From Candidatus Latescibacterota bacterium (lineage in GTDB: Bacteria > Latescibacterota > UBA2968 > GCA-2709665), in assembly GCA_965208835.1 (NCBI GenBank), contig OZ242358.1:2752001-2816000 (forward strand): 64,000 nucleotides of DNA, given 5' to 3'. Below the pieces are notes generated by a model that was not told the origin of the DNA, ran no database searches, and was given only the letters and a program-made list of their open reading frames with translations. Below, piece after piece: positions 9,418 through 18,474 of the stretch (position 1 is the stretch's first letter; every line of letters starts with the position of its first letter). The position numbers and the translations under genes are program-made.

Positions 9418-10338
9418 CTACGCGGGATTCCGCTTCTGATACAGGCGAAGCTCCTTCAGCAAATCCTTCGCGGGGGTGAGTCCCGGGTCGATTCGCAATG
9501 CTTCGTTCAGAGCGTCGATCGCCTCTTGCAGGTCGGAAGACTGTTGACGCCGTTCGGACAACCGCCAGAAGCACAGACCGATGACATGATGCGCCCTGGC
9601 TCTGTTCTCTTTTTCGAGGAACTCGTAATCCAGTGCTTTCCTGGCAAGATCGACACCTTCCTCGTAACGGGCCGACCTGAACGTGTAATACGAGGCAAAA
9701 ACCCTTGCATGGGCAATCGCGTCGTCTCCTACGCCATATTCCAGACCTCGACTCACAATCTGAAGCGCTTCGGCATACCTTCTGGCGACTTCAAGCATGC
9801 GCGCAACATCCGTAGCCTGGCGACACAATTTGTCTCTCCAGGCTTTGTCCTGCTCCGTCGGACGAAACTCGTACTTCGACCAGAGACTGTCCTGCTGCCC
9901 CCAGATTTCTATCACACTCCGGATAACATCGGGTTCTCGAGTCATGGCACCCCTTCGGGAGGCCAGATACGTACTGTTGTAGAAGTGACGACCCAGCGTC
10001 CGGACAACCGGCGGGTATCCGGGTGCGACCGAATCCACCCGCGAATAGAGTGGCACCCTCTGGCCTGCGCCGAGGGAATCAGATCCCGCCAGCAGTGCCC
10101 GGGCCTTCACAAGCTGGCCATGCCTCACTGCAGCTTTCCTTCCGGACGACGTATCCCCGTATTCCTCGGCAATCCCGGCATATTGTTCGATCGTCTGGGG
10201 CAGGGAATCCACCTGTTCTTCCAGGTCTCTGAATACGACATAATACAGCCGCTGTGCCCTCTTCTCTCTGCGCGCGGCTTCGTTGTCACATCCGGCACAT
10301 AGTGCCAGACACAGGATTACAGGAATCACTCTCGTCAT
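9418..10338 (-). CDS. Lipoprotein with TPR-like helical repeats
   Basis: Signal peptide with lipobox LCAGC; C-terminal TPR-like pattern (YEEGVDLARKAL...AHHVIGLCF...EAIDALNEALRIDP). Confidence 0.65.
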   Translation of the reverse strand: MTRVIPVILCLALCAGCDNEAARREKRAQRLYYVVFRDLEEQVDSLPQTIEQYAGIAEEYGDTSSGRKAAVRHGQLVKARALLAGSDSLGAGQRVPLYSRVDSVAPGYPPVVRTLGRHFYNSTYLASRRGAMTREPDVIRSVIEIWGQQDSLWSKYEFRPTEQDKAWRDKLCRQATDVARMLEVARRYAEALQIVSRGLEYGVGDDAIAHARVFASYYTFRSARYEEGVDLARKALDYEFLEKENRARAHHVIGLCFWRLSERRQQSSDLQEAIDALNEALRIDPGLTPAKDLLKELRLYQKRNPA

Positions 10339-10461
10339 TGCGCATTGCTCCCCGGTTTATTTCTCTGGCGCCCTGAATCGGTGCAGTCTGACGGGCGGCA
10401 GGTCACTACGTTCGCAACGTTTTGTGAACTGTTGTATTCAAGACATCTGTATACGACGAGT

Positions 10462-11430
10462 CTACTCGATGTCCGCTCGAATCGGCATCTCCAATGCACC
10501 CTTCCTGCCGATTTTGTCGATCAATCTCCGATTGAATTCTCGAGCCGTATGGTAACCCTGAATCTTCAGCTGGTAGTTCAACGCGATGGCCTCGGCAATT
10601 ACCGTGATATTCTTTCCCGGATAGATCGGTACGGTTACCTGTGGAACCTCAACGTCGAGAATTGACACCCAGTCCTCCTCCAACCCCACGCGTTCGTAGG
10701 ATTCGGTCTCGTCCCATTCCACAAGCTGGACCACGACCTCGACCCGTTTCTGAATTCGAAAAGCGGCGATACCGAACATGTGCCTGACGTTCAGAATACC
10801 CAGACCGCGGACCTCCATGTGATCGCGAAGCGTATCGCCGGAGGTGCCAACGAGAATGCCCTGGAGCTTTCTGGATACAAGCACGATGTCGTCGGCAACC
10901 AGGCGATGCCCGCGCTCGACGAGGTCCAATGCAATTTCACTCTTGCCGATACCGCTTCGACCGGTAAACAGCAGACCGATTCCGTAGACATCGACGAGAG
11001 ACCCATGGATGGCTGTCCGGGGTGCGAATATGTCGTCCAGATAGTACGAGAATAGATGGGAGAACTTCGTGGTAGAAAATGGGGTAACCATCAGCGGAAT
11101 CCCACGCTGTCCGGCCAGATGCACCATGGACTGCGGTACCTCGTTTCCGTCGGTAACCACCACACACGGGATGTCGAACTGAAACACGGTCTCCAGTACC
11201 GTGCGGAGTCTGCGGGGTGAGAGGCCATCGAGGTACAACATTTCCGAGTTGCCCAGTACCTGCGCGCGATCGAACGTAAACAGCCCCACAAAGCCGGTGA
11301 GCACGAGACCGGGTCGGTGCACATCGCTCGACGTCAGCGTCTTGTCCGTGCTGTCTTTGCCGGCGATCAACTTCAGGGCGAGTTTTTCGCCGAACTGTTC
11401 CAGGACTTCGGCGATCGTGATTTCCTGCAC
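10462..11430 (-). CDS. hprK: HPr(Ser) kinase/phosphorylase
   Basis: VHRPGL, Walker A GRSGIGKSE, HRLVADD, EVRGLGILNV, PIYPGKN; GTG start at 11430 with GGAG upstream. Confidence 0.93.
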   Translation of the reverse strand: MQEITIAEVLEQFGEKLALKLIAGKDSTDKTLTSSDVHRPGLVLTGFVGLFTFDRAQVLGNSEMLYLDGLSPRRLRTVLETVFQFDIPCVVVTDGNEVPQSMVHLAGQRGIPLMVTPFSTTKFSHLFSYYLDDIFAPRTAIHGSLVDVYGIGLLFTGRSGIGKSEIALDLVERGHRLVADDIVLVSRKLQGILVGTSGDTLRDHMEVRGLGILNVRHMFGIAAFRIQKRVEVVVQLVEWDETESYERVGLEEDWVSILDVEVPQVTVPIYPGKNITVIAEAIALNYQLKIQGYHTAREFNRRLIDKIGRKGALEMPIRADIE

Positions 11431-11701
11431 ACGGCGCTCCGCTGTTGGGCGTGGTGGCGAGCCCGGCGACGAGGACGGCAATGGCGGCACGCCTATCAGC
11501 CCGATCGAAAAGTCCGTACAGGCAACGGCCGGCCCTTGCGGTCGAACTACTTTGTTGCGCTCCCACGCCGATTCGCTCGGATTCGACTCGGTCGCGACTG
11601 CAGAGCGACTCTATCAACGGACTGCTATGCCCGGGGCTGCGTTGGTCAAGCCACGGGCCAACGCACATAACCTTTAAAATAATAGGTTCTTGCAGGATCC
11701 G

Positions 11702-11730
11702 AATATATACCAAAACACTACGCCTGTCAA
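11702..11730 (-). promoter_or_regulatory. Sigma70-type promoter pointing toward hprK
   Basis: Minus strand TTGACA (11730-11725), 17 bp, TATATT (11707-11702). Confidence 0.65.
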
Positions 11731-11763
11731 GAAGATGGGTCATATAGATAAGGGAGTTCGAGC

Positions 11764-11792
11764 TTGACTTGGTACCGACTTGCGGCTATACT
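11764..11792 (+). promoter_or_regulatory. Sigma70-type promoter for the membrane-protein pair
   Basis: TTGACT, 17 bp, TATACT. Confidence 0.7.
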
Positions 11793-11846
11793 CCGTGCAC
11801 GGTTTCACCACCATTGCAATTGTCCGCAGGGAGACGGGTGCAGCCC

Positions 11847-13055
11847 ATGAGAGTCATCGCCAGCTTCTACCTCATCTACATCGTTTGCCTGATCTGCCGC
11901 AGCCTGTTCGTGCGTCGCAGGCTTGCGGCGCCCCTGGACAGTCTGAGAGCGACCCACCTTCATTTTGTTCCGATCGGCATCGCCGTTGGGATCGTCCTGA
12001 CGATGGACCACGATCTTGCTGCTGTCGCGGTCGACATACAAAGGGAACTACTGGGCGTCATTCTGGTCTGGCTCGGTATTGACACGGGCCTTCGGTTCGA
12101 TTTTCGGCGCCTTGGCAGGCGTGCTTCGCGGCACCACGTGCTTGAAGGGCTACAGGTTGCGGGAACCGCCGCACTTGTCTTTTTTCTCGCCCTCTTGTGG
12201 AGGCCGGTATTGCGATATCAAATGGGTATTGCGGTCGAACCCGCCCTTGTTGCTCTGCTCCTGGGCGCGCTGGCAACCACACTCCGAATGCCGGATCGGA
12301 TCTTTTACGTCCGGTCCGAACTCGAAACACCCGACGTCGACAATTCACCTGCGGGACCTCTCATCACCAATGCGGCCGGGATGACGCTTCTTACGGTCCT
12401 CTATCCCTATTGTGCGGGTGTCACCGTTGTCGAACTGGGACCGTTCACCTTGGTGAACACCAGCAGCTTCTGGGCGTTGTACGCGTGTGCGGGAATCCTT
12501 TTGGGGCTGCTGCTTACGTTTGTCTTCAGCACGTTTCAGGAGGATGCCTTGTGCGCGATTGTTGCAACCGGTATCGTCGGCACGTTCGGCGGACTCTGCA
12601 CGGGAAAGGCAATTCCCGGAATTGTCGTGGGATTCGTAGCGGGGGTATGGTTCATCAATACCACCACGCGGCGACGGGATGCGCTTGAAATCCTGGAGAA
12701 AACGACCGGTATTCTGCAACCCGTCTTCTTCCTGGTTATCGGCGGCCTGCTTGCGACACAGAACCTTACCGTTTTGCGACTGACGGCTTTCGCCTTTTTG
12801 TTTCTGGTCGCCAGAAGTCTGGCGAGGGGTATCAGCCTGACGGTTGCCGCCCGGGTGACGCGCTGCCATCTCTCACTGGCCGAAATCATCGGCTCTGCGC
12901 TGAGGCCGCTCGGGACGTTGTCTGTCGCCCTTGCAGCTCAGCTGCTGCTGTTGGACTCGGGGCCCAACCTCTACGCCCTGATCGCCGCCATCCTGGTTGT
13001 TGCCGCTATTGGCCAGGTGAGTCCATTGCCCAAACCTCGAGACGTTTCCGCCTGA
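11847..13055 (+). CDS. Polytopic membrane protein, cation:proton antiporter (Na_H_Exchanger)-like
   Basis: About 11-12 hydrophobic segments; WLGIDTGLRFDFRRL and PVFFLVIGG resemble CPA motifs. Confidence 0.6.
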   Translation: MRVIASFYLIYIVCLICRSLFVRRRLAAPLDSLRATHLHFVPIGIAVGIVLTMDHDLAAVAVDIQRELLGVILVWLGIDTGLRFDFRRLGRRASRHHVLEGLQVAGTAALVFFLALLWRPVLRYQMGIAVEPALVALLLGALATTLRMPDRIFYVRSELETPDVDNSPAGPLITNAAGMTLLTVLYPYCAGVTVVELGPFTLVNTSSFWALYACAGILLGLLLTFVFSTFQEDALCAIVATGIVGTFGGLCTGKAIPGIVVGFVAGVWFINTTTRRRDALEILEKTTGILQPVFFLVIGGLLATQNLTVLRLTAFAFLFLVARSLARGISLTVAARVTRCHLSLAEIIGSALRPLGTLSVALAAQLLLLDSGPNLYALIAAILVVAAIGQVSPLPKPRDVSA

Positions 13056-13079
13056 GGTGAAACGTACGGAAGGCATCGC

Positions 13080-14300
13080 ATGAGGCGGTTTCTGATCTGC
13101 GTCATTCTTTGCGTGGTGGTGTGGGGAGCCCAACACGACTTTCCGCATTCGATTCAGCCCGTGGTATATGTCGGTCTCATGCTGGTCGTACCGTTGACGC
13201 TTGCAGGCACGCTTTCAGGTTCAGGCATTCCCTTCCACATCATACCCCTGGCGCTGGGATTCCTGGCCAGCGGCATCGGAATCCGGCACACAGAGGAATT
13301 CGCTACAGCCGCGCCACTTGCTGAACTTGCGCAGGTCTGGGTAGGCCTGTATCTCGGAACCAAATTTTCGTATCGCAGGTTCTTCAGCAAAAATCTCGGT
13401 GTGACCGCGTTGATCTCCACGGGCGCGACGCTCGTCCCAGCCTTTCTGGCGTTATTCCTGTTACTGGACCTTCCGGTCGTCCAGGCAATCCGCATGGGTA
13501 TACTTGCCGGAATGTCCGGACCGATCATCACGCTTATCTCGCAACCTGATCGAAGGGAGGCCCTTTCCCTTTCCGTCCTGGTCACGATGTTAGGGCTTTC
13601 GTTCTGGTTCATCGCCGATCTCATCGTGCGCACTCCGGACCTTTATCGGGCCGTCCCGTCCGCGATAGTGTGGGCGGTGGGCGTCGAACTCATAGCAAGG
13701 ATGACTCGCACGATCAGAACCGGCAAGGGCGGACAGGTCCTGTTCGGCGCAATCGTGGCGACGCTTTTCGTATGTGCTCAAGCAATGCAGATTTCCCCAT
13801 TCTTTCTGGCGCTCGTGACCGGTGTGGGCGTGTCCGCCCGGTCAGGGAAGTCCGGTCACGGGCTGAAGGGGATGGCTTCACTTTCGGTCCCTCTCTCACA
13901 CGTTGTACTCGCGTACTTTGCGGCCGGCCTTGACCTTTCCGGCCTCCTGGAACTGTACTCGCTCCACTGGGAGATTTTGGCCATCTACGTGGCCGCGATG
14001 CTCATGGGCAAGACCGCCGGCGGACTGTCCGCCATGCGTTATGCCCGTCTATACGTTCGAGACTGGTTGCAATTGCTCCCTCAGGGGTTCGTCGTGTTCG
14101 TTCTTCTGCACGAAGTTTTCCCACCAGCGATGGAGCCGGCCTTGCGCAACGGGCTGACCGCCGGCGTGGTCCTCTGTTGCGGCATTGTCATCCCCGTGAT
14201 GGCGGCTCCCATTCTCTTCCTGTACGAGCGCATGGATCGCAGGCGCATTCAGGCGTCCTCGAGACCGGGCGGTCCGGGGGAATCACAAAAGCCATCCTGA
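13080..14300 (+). CDS. Second polytopic membrane protein, cation:proton antiporter-like
   Basis: About 12 hydrophobic segments; WVGLYLGTKFS, YFAAGLDL and LLPQG resemble CPA motifs; 24 bp after the previous gene. Confidence 0.6.
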   Translation: MRRFLICVILCVVVWGAQHDFPHSIQPVVYVGLMLVVPLTLAGTLSGSGIPFHIIPLALGFLASGIGIRHTEEFATAAPLAELAQVWVGLYLGTKFSYRRFFSKNLGVTALISTGATLVPAFLALFLLLDLPVVQAIRMGILAGMSGPIITLISQPDRREALSLSVLVTMLGLSFWFIADLIVRTPDLYRAVPSAIVWAVGVELIARMTRTIRTGKGGQVLFGAIVATLFVCAQAMQISPFFLALVTGVGVSARSGKSGHGLKGMASLSVPLSHVVLAYFAAGLDLSGLLELYSLHWEILAIYVAAMLMGKTAGGLSAMRYARLYVRDWLQLLPQGFVVFVLLHEVFPPAMEPALRNGLTAGVVLCCGIVIPVMAAPILFLYERMDRRRIQASSRPGGPGESQKPS

Positions 14301-14348
14301 GGTGGGATGGCCAAGCTTCTCTAGACGATTCCTGCTGTCTATCGTCCA

Positions 14349-15596
14349 CTAATTCAACCAGCCAGACAAGGAAAAAGTCTGCATGACAAAACGCTCAGAA
14401 GCCCCGTGTGTGGTCACGTCACCTCGTCTTCCAAACTCGATTACATATCGAAAACTGCCGGCGCTACGGGTCTCGAACGGCAGTGAAATACCCAGGCTTA
14501 CACCTAGCTCACCGATCTGCGAGTTTCCGCCGGTCTTGAAATAGAGCGACCGATAGTGAGCACCCGCCGTCAATTCGATTCGTCGACGCGTTCTGCGGCT
14601 ATCAGGATTGCCCAAACGGTAAAGGACACCGCCCGCCAGGTCGGTAGTGTTGTACCGTCCCGGCTCTGTTTTTTCCCAGAAAGCCCGCTCGAAATCGAGT
14701 GCCGCCAGCCAGCGATTCCCAGGCCGGTATGCCAGCCCGACACCGATACTGGCCGGCATCTTCAAATCAAGCGTCGAACGAGTTTCCTCTTCAAAACCGA
14801 CTTCCGCGAAGAAATTTCGTAGAATGCGTGTCTGCGTGATGGTCGCGGGAGCCCGGAACGAGGCGCCGAAGTACCATTTCCCGCCCCGCCTATATACGGC
14901 GCCAAGCGTGGGCTGCGCCCCGCTGTGCGTCCGAACATATCGATCCTCGCTATTGAGGTGTTCAGAAATCTGCCGGTTATTGAAGTCCAGCAGAACAGAT
15001 CTCAAATCTCCGTCCGGCCCGACGGATCCGAAGTCTTTCGTCCACGTCTCCTTGATCGTTCCGATGGAGATGATACTCAGGTTGCCGCCCAGCAGAAAAC
15101 GCCCCCATCCGTGAGCCAGTCCTATCGTAAACGCCTGTATGCCGCCGGTTGCGTTCACACGCAACTCGTAGGGAACCGCCGTGGTGCTGACGGTTCTGAC
15201 GAGATCGAAATCCAGGTCTGTCAATGGCTCGAGGCCCGCCCCAAGGACAATTCCATTCCGAACGGGCAGCACAAGCTGGAATGCGCCAATATCACCGTCG
15301 GAGACCACGTGCCGCCGCTGCCCGTCATCAAGTGAACGGCGTTGTACAAAAAATCGACTCTGCAGACCGGCGCGCGAGAAAGCGGCCAGAAGCGCAGGAT
15401 TCGCCGAACTGAAATTCAGACTGTCGGCAAGCGCGCGACCTGCGCCTCCCATACCCCTGGCTCGCACGTCGACACGACGTTCGGTATCTCCGACGCCATT
15501 GAAGGAGAAGATGGACTTCGCAGCGGGCGAGTCCACCCATGCACCCAGGGAAAGAAAGCTGAGCAACGCAAATGAAATTCTGCAGAAACGGTTCAC
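14349..15596 (-). CDS. Outer-membrane beta-barrel protein, FadL/OmpP1/PorV-like
   Basis: Signal peptide, ARGMGGAG...SSANPALL N-terminal motif, alternating beta-strand pattern, aromatic residue near the C-terminus. Confidence 0.7.
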   Translation of the reverse strand: MNRFCRISFALLSFLSLGAWVDSPAAKSIFSFNGVGDTERRVDVRARGMGGAGRALADSLNFSSANPALLAAFSRAGLQSRFFVQRRSLDDGQRRHVVSDGDIGAFQLVLPVRNGIVLGAGLEPLTDLDFDLVRTVSTTAVPYELRVNATGGIQAFTIGLAHGWGRFLLGGNLSIISIGTIKETWTKDFGSVGPDGDLRSVLLDFNNRQISEHLNSEDRYVRTHSGAQPTLGAVYRRGGKWYFGASFRAPATITQTRILRNFFAEVGFEEETRSTLDLKMPASIGVGLAYRPGNRWLAALDFERAFWEKTEPGRYNTTDLAGGVLYRLGNPDSRRTRRRIELTAGAHYRSLYFKTGGNSQIGELGVSLGISLPFETRSAGSFRYVIEFGRRGDVTTHGASERFVMQTFSLSGWLN

Positions 15597-15618
15597 GTGC
15601 CACCTCGCAGAAACGTGC

Positions 15619-16788
15619 CTATGGATCGGGAGGTGTCGAATAGATCAACTTCAACATCGGACTGTGGAATACGACCCAGTTGATATCCCAGTTCCGGCTG
15701 TCGGTGATCGGGGTGCTGAGCGCCATACCCATATTGCGCGTCGTTCCCGACAGCCAGCCCTGGACCATGCTCTGATCCACGGCGTATGACACCGTCTGTT
15801 CGTCGAACCGCCACGTATTGACGAGGGAGAACGTGGTATCTCCTGAAGCCTGATTGACGTTGATCCGTTCGACCGAAAACACAAAATCACCGAACATGGA
15901 TTGCGACCGATCGAAATTCAACCTCAATTCCGAAGACGTAACCGTCGCTCCCCTCGGAATGCTGTCCGGCAGTTCGAAGCGAAATACTGGGCTCAGCCGT
16001 ACAATGGTAGACAGCACCAGCATCCCGGGTTCGGGCCCATCACGGGCCGCCCAGTACGTATCTTCCGACACAACAGCGACGTGTGTGTATGTGTTACCGT
16101 CGATCGAAAACGTCAATCGCATCTCCGGAAGCCTGGTGATGTTTTCAGTAAGTGCATCGTCTCGCGACACCAGGCTCGTGAAAAACCTGGCGCCAGCGGC
16201 AGGCTCCAACAGGACATCGACCGCTTCGGCATCGGGATTCTCCTGTACAACCGACCACAGGTACGCGGGCGGCAGATCGATTTGAATCAGGCTGTCGCCC
16301 AGAGACGCCGCAGTTGCCCCTTCGATCGCGGTTGACGCAAGGTCCGACGCGGTGTGCCTTAGCGTGTCGACGAACTCGTCCAACTCACTCCACGCCTGGT
16401 CTGGACGCCGTATCTCCAGCACCTCGGAACCTCTGGAGGTCGCTCTCTTCCAGATCCGGATTCGGACGGCAAGAACGTCCAGCTCAGACTCTCTGGAGCC
16501 ACCCGCGGCCAACAGAAGCGAATCGGCATCCAGCCTGAATCTGAACAGCGAACGGAACACGAGACCGCTCGTCCGACCGACCATCAGCCGGGAGTCATTT
16601 CCGAATCCGCGGCTGAAAGTACCCTCGAACCGGGTCGAGCCGCCAACGGAAGGCAGCAGCGGAAGTTCGATCACGCGGCCCTGCCCTCGGGAAACCAGAT
16701 CCGAACCGACCGGATTCTCCTGTCTATCGCCACATCCTGACAGCAGCGATGTAATCAGCACTGCCGCGCAGAGTTGCCGCCTGCACAT
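15619..16788 (-). CDS. Lipoprotein of unknown function (beta-rich)
   Basis: Lipobox LLSGC followed by ENPVGSDL; 22 bp upstream of the barrel gene. Confidence 0.65.
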   Translation of the reverse strand: MCRRQLCAAVLITSLLSGCGDRQENPVGSDLVSRGQGRVIELPLLPSVGGSTRFEGTFSRGFGNDSRLMVGRTSGLVFRSLFRFRLDADSLLLAAGGSRESELDVLAVRIRIWKRATSRGSEVLEIRRPDQAWSELDEFVDTLRHTASDLASTAIEGATAASLGDSLIQIDLPPAYLWSVVQENPDAEAVDVLLEPAAGARFFTSLVSRDDALTENITRLPEMRLTFSIDGNTYTHVAVVSEDTYWAARDGPEPGMLVLSTIVRLSPVFRFELPDSIPRGATVTSSELRLNFDRSQSMFGDFVFSVERINVNQASGDTTFSLVNTWRFDEQTVSYAVDQSMVQGWLSGTTRNMGMALSTPITDSRNWDINWVVFHSPMLKLIYSTPPDP

Positions 16789-16972
16789 ATTCCTGTACCT
16801 CGTGACCTCGCCATTTCAATGAAGCTTGTTTTCTTCATCCTGTAACGCTTGATGCACTGAATCGTTCCGGTCCGAATGCCTGCTGACTGTCCGTTGACAA
16901 AGTCGCTCTGCAGGCGAGGCCTAGTGTCCCGTCCCGGAATTGTGTCGCCATTCATTGCGCCGAAACAGAACG

Positions 16973-17497
16973 TCAATGGACCCGCTCAATCAGAATGTCG
17001 GCCTGCTGTTCACCGGCGGCAATCGGATTCTTCACACACGCACCCTCCATATCGCCGGGTTGCATTCCTACGAAGCCATCCCGGTCGATTTTGGCTACTA
17101 TATACATCTCGGGAATCTCGGCCAGCACGATTCCGTCTCCGAACATCCTCGCGACGTCGGATTGGGTGAGGGTATATTCGTACGGGAACGGGGGCATACG
17201 CATGCGTTTCAGGGCATACGGCGGGCCTCCGTCCGGCCGCTCTCGCGCAATGATATACAGATAGGCGCGGCCAGGGATTTGGGACTGCAGTTCCGGCTTG
17301 ATCCGTATGGTGCCGCGTACTGTTTTTCCCTCCGGCGCATCGGACGGTTCCCGGGACGCTGCGACGGGTGGATGCCCCTCCGGCAGCGTGGGCTGTCGTG
17401 GCTTCGGCGGCGGATGCGCGCCTTCCCTGTAATGTTGATCGCACGCGCACAGGACCAGCAGCCCTGCCAGAACTGGAAAGATTCGTGTCGTATACAT
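16973..17497 (-). CDS. Lipoprotein with CcmI/CycH C-terminal-like Ig domain
   Basis: Lipobox LCAC, LPEGHPPV motif, GTIRI...LYIIAR...GPPYALKR...FPYEYTL...AKIDRDG...PGDMEG pattern. Confidence 0.65.
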   Translation of the reverse strand: MYTTRIFPVLAGLLVLCACDQHYREGAHPPPKPRQPTLPEGHPPVAASREPSDAPEGKTVRGTIRIKPELQSQIPGRAYLYIIARERPDGGPPYALKRMRMPPFPYEYTLTQSDVARMFGDGIVLAEIPEMYIVAKIDRDGFVGMQPGDMEGACVKNPIAAGEQQADILIERVH

Positions 17498-17573
17498 CGT
17501 GAGTTGATGCCGCACAAAAAAACGGGCCGGACTTGCACAAGCCGGACCGGAGGCGCAAAATGTCATCCCGAGG

Positions 17574-18353
17574 TCAGCATGCGCACACGCCCTCGAAAAT
17601 CTCCTCTTCGGTCATGGTCAGAAGCGCCGGCTCGTCATCTGTAACCGCCACGACATGCTCGAAATGCGCCGACGGCAGCCCGTCTCTTGCGGACGCCGTC
17701 CATCCGTCGTCGGCGAGTATGACCTCCGGTCTTCCCAGATTCACCATGGGTTCAATCGCAATCACGATTCCCCGCCGCAGCCTCGGGTTCTTTTCCAGCG
17801 GCACATAGTTCGGCACGGCAGGATCTTCGTGCAAACTTCGTCCAATACCGTGCCCCACAAACTGGCGTACAACCGAAAAACCATGCGACTCCACCCACTG
17901 CTGGATTGAACCGCATACGTCCTCCAGCCGGCGGCCCTCCTGCGCCCCCTCGATGCCTTTAAACAGGGACTCACGTGTGACTGTAATCAGCTTCCGAATC
18001 TCGGGAGTCACCTCGCCTATGGCATATGAGATCGCCTGGTCTCCGAAGTATCCCCTTAACCTTGCGCCAATATCGATACTGACGAGGTCGCCTGCCCGAA
18101 GTTCCCGGTCTCCGGGGATTCCATGCACGACCTGATCGTTTATTGAAATACAGGTAGCCGCGGGGTATCCCTGGTATCCCTTGAAGGCCGGCGTGGCGCC
18201 GTGGTCGCGGATCAGTTCCTCCGCGACCCCGTCCAGTCTGGTGGTGGGAATGCCGGGCCGGACCCACTCACGAAGGGCACGATGTGCAAGCCCGACGACA
18301 CGACAGGCGTCCCGGATTCTCTCCAGTTCCCGTTCAGTACGAAGCGCAATCAA
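17574..18353 (-). CDS. map: Type I methionine aminopeptidase
   Basis: CISINDQVVHGIPG, SIDIG, GYFGD, GHGIGRSLHEDP, IAIEPM, SAHFEH. Confidence 0.95.
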   Translation of the reverse strand: MIALRTERELERIRDACRVVGLAHRALREWVRPGIPTTRLDGVAEELIRDHGATPAFKGYQGYPAATCISINDQVVHGIPGDRELRAGDLVSIDIGARLRGYFGDQAISYAIGEVTPEIRKLITVTRESLFKGIEGAQEGRRLEDVCGSIQQWVESHGFSVVRQFVGHGIGRSLHEDPAVPNYVPLEKNPRLRRGIVIAIEPMVNLGRPEVILADDGWTASARDGLPSAHFEHVVAVTDDEPALLTMTEEEIFEGVCAC

Positions 18354-18474
18354 TCAGTCACCTGTATCCGAAGTGGAGGTTGGCAGTGGATCGCGGGATG
18401 TAAGTTAACAAAAAGGCGTATAAAAACAAGCATTAAAGGTCTATATTATGGTTGGAACATACCATGCGAAACGA

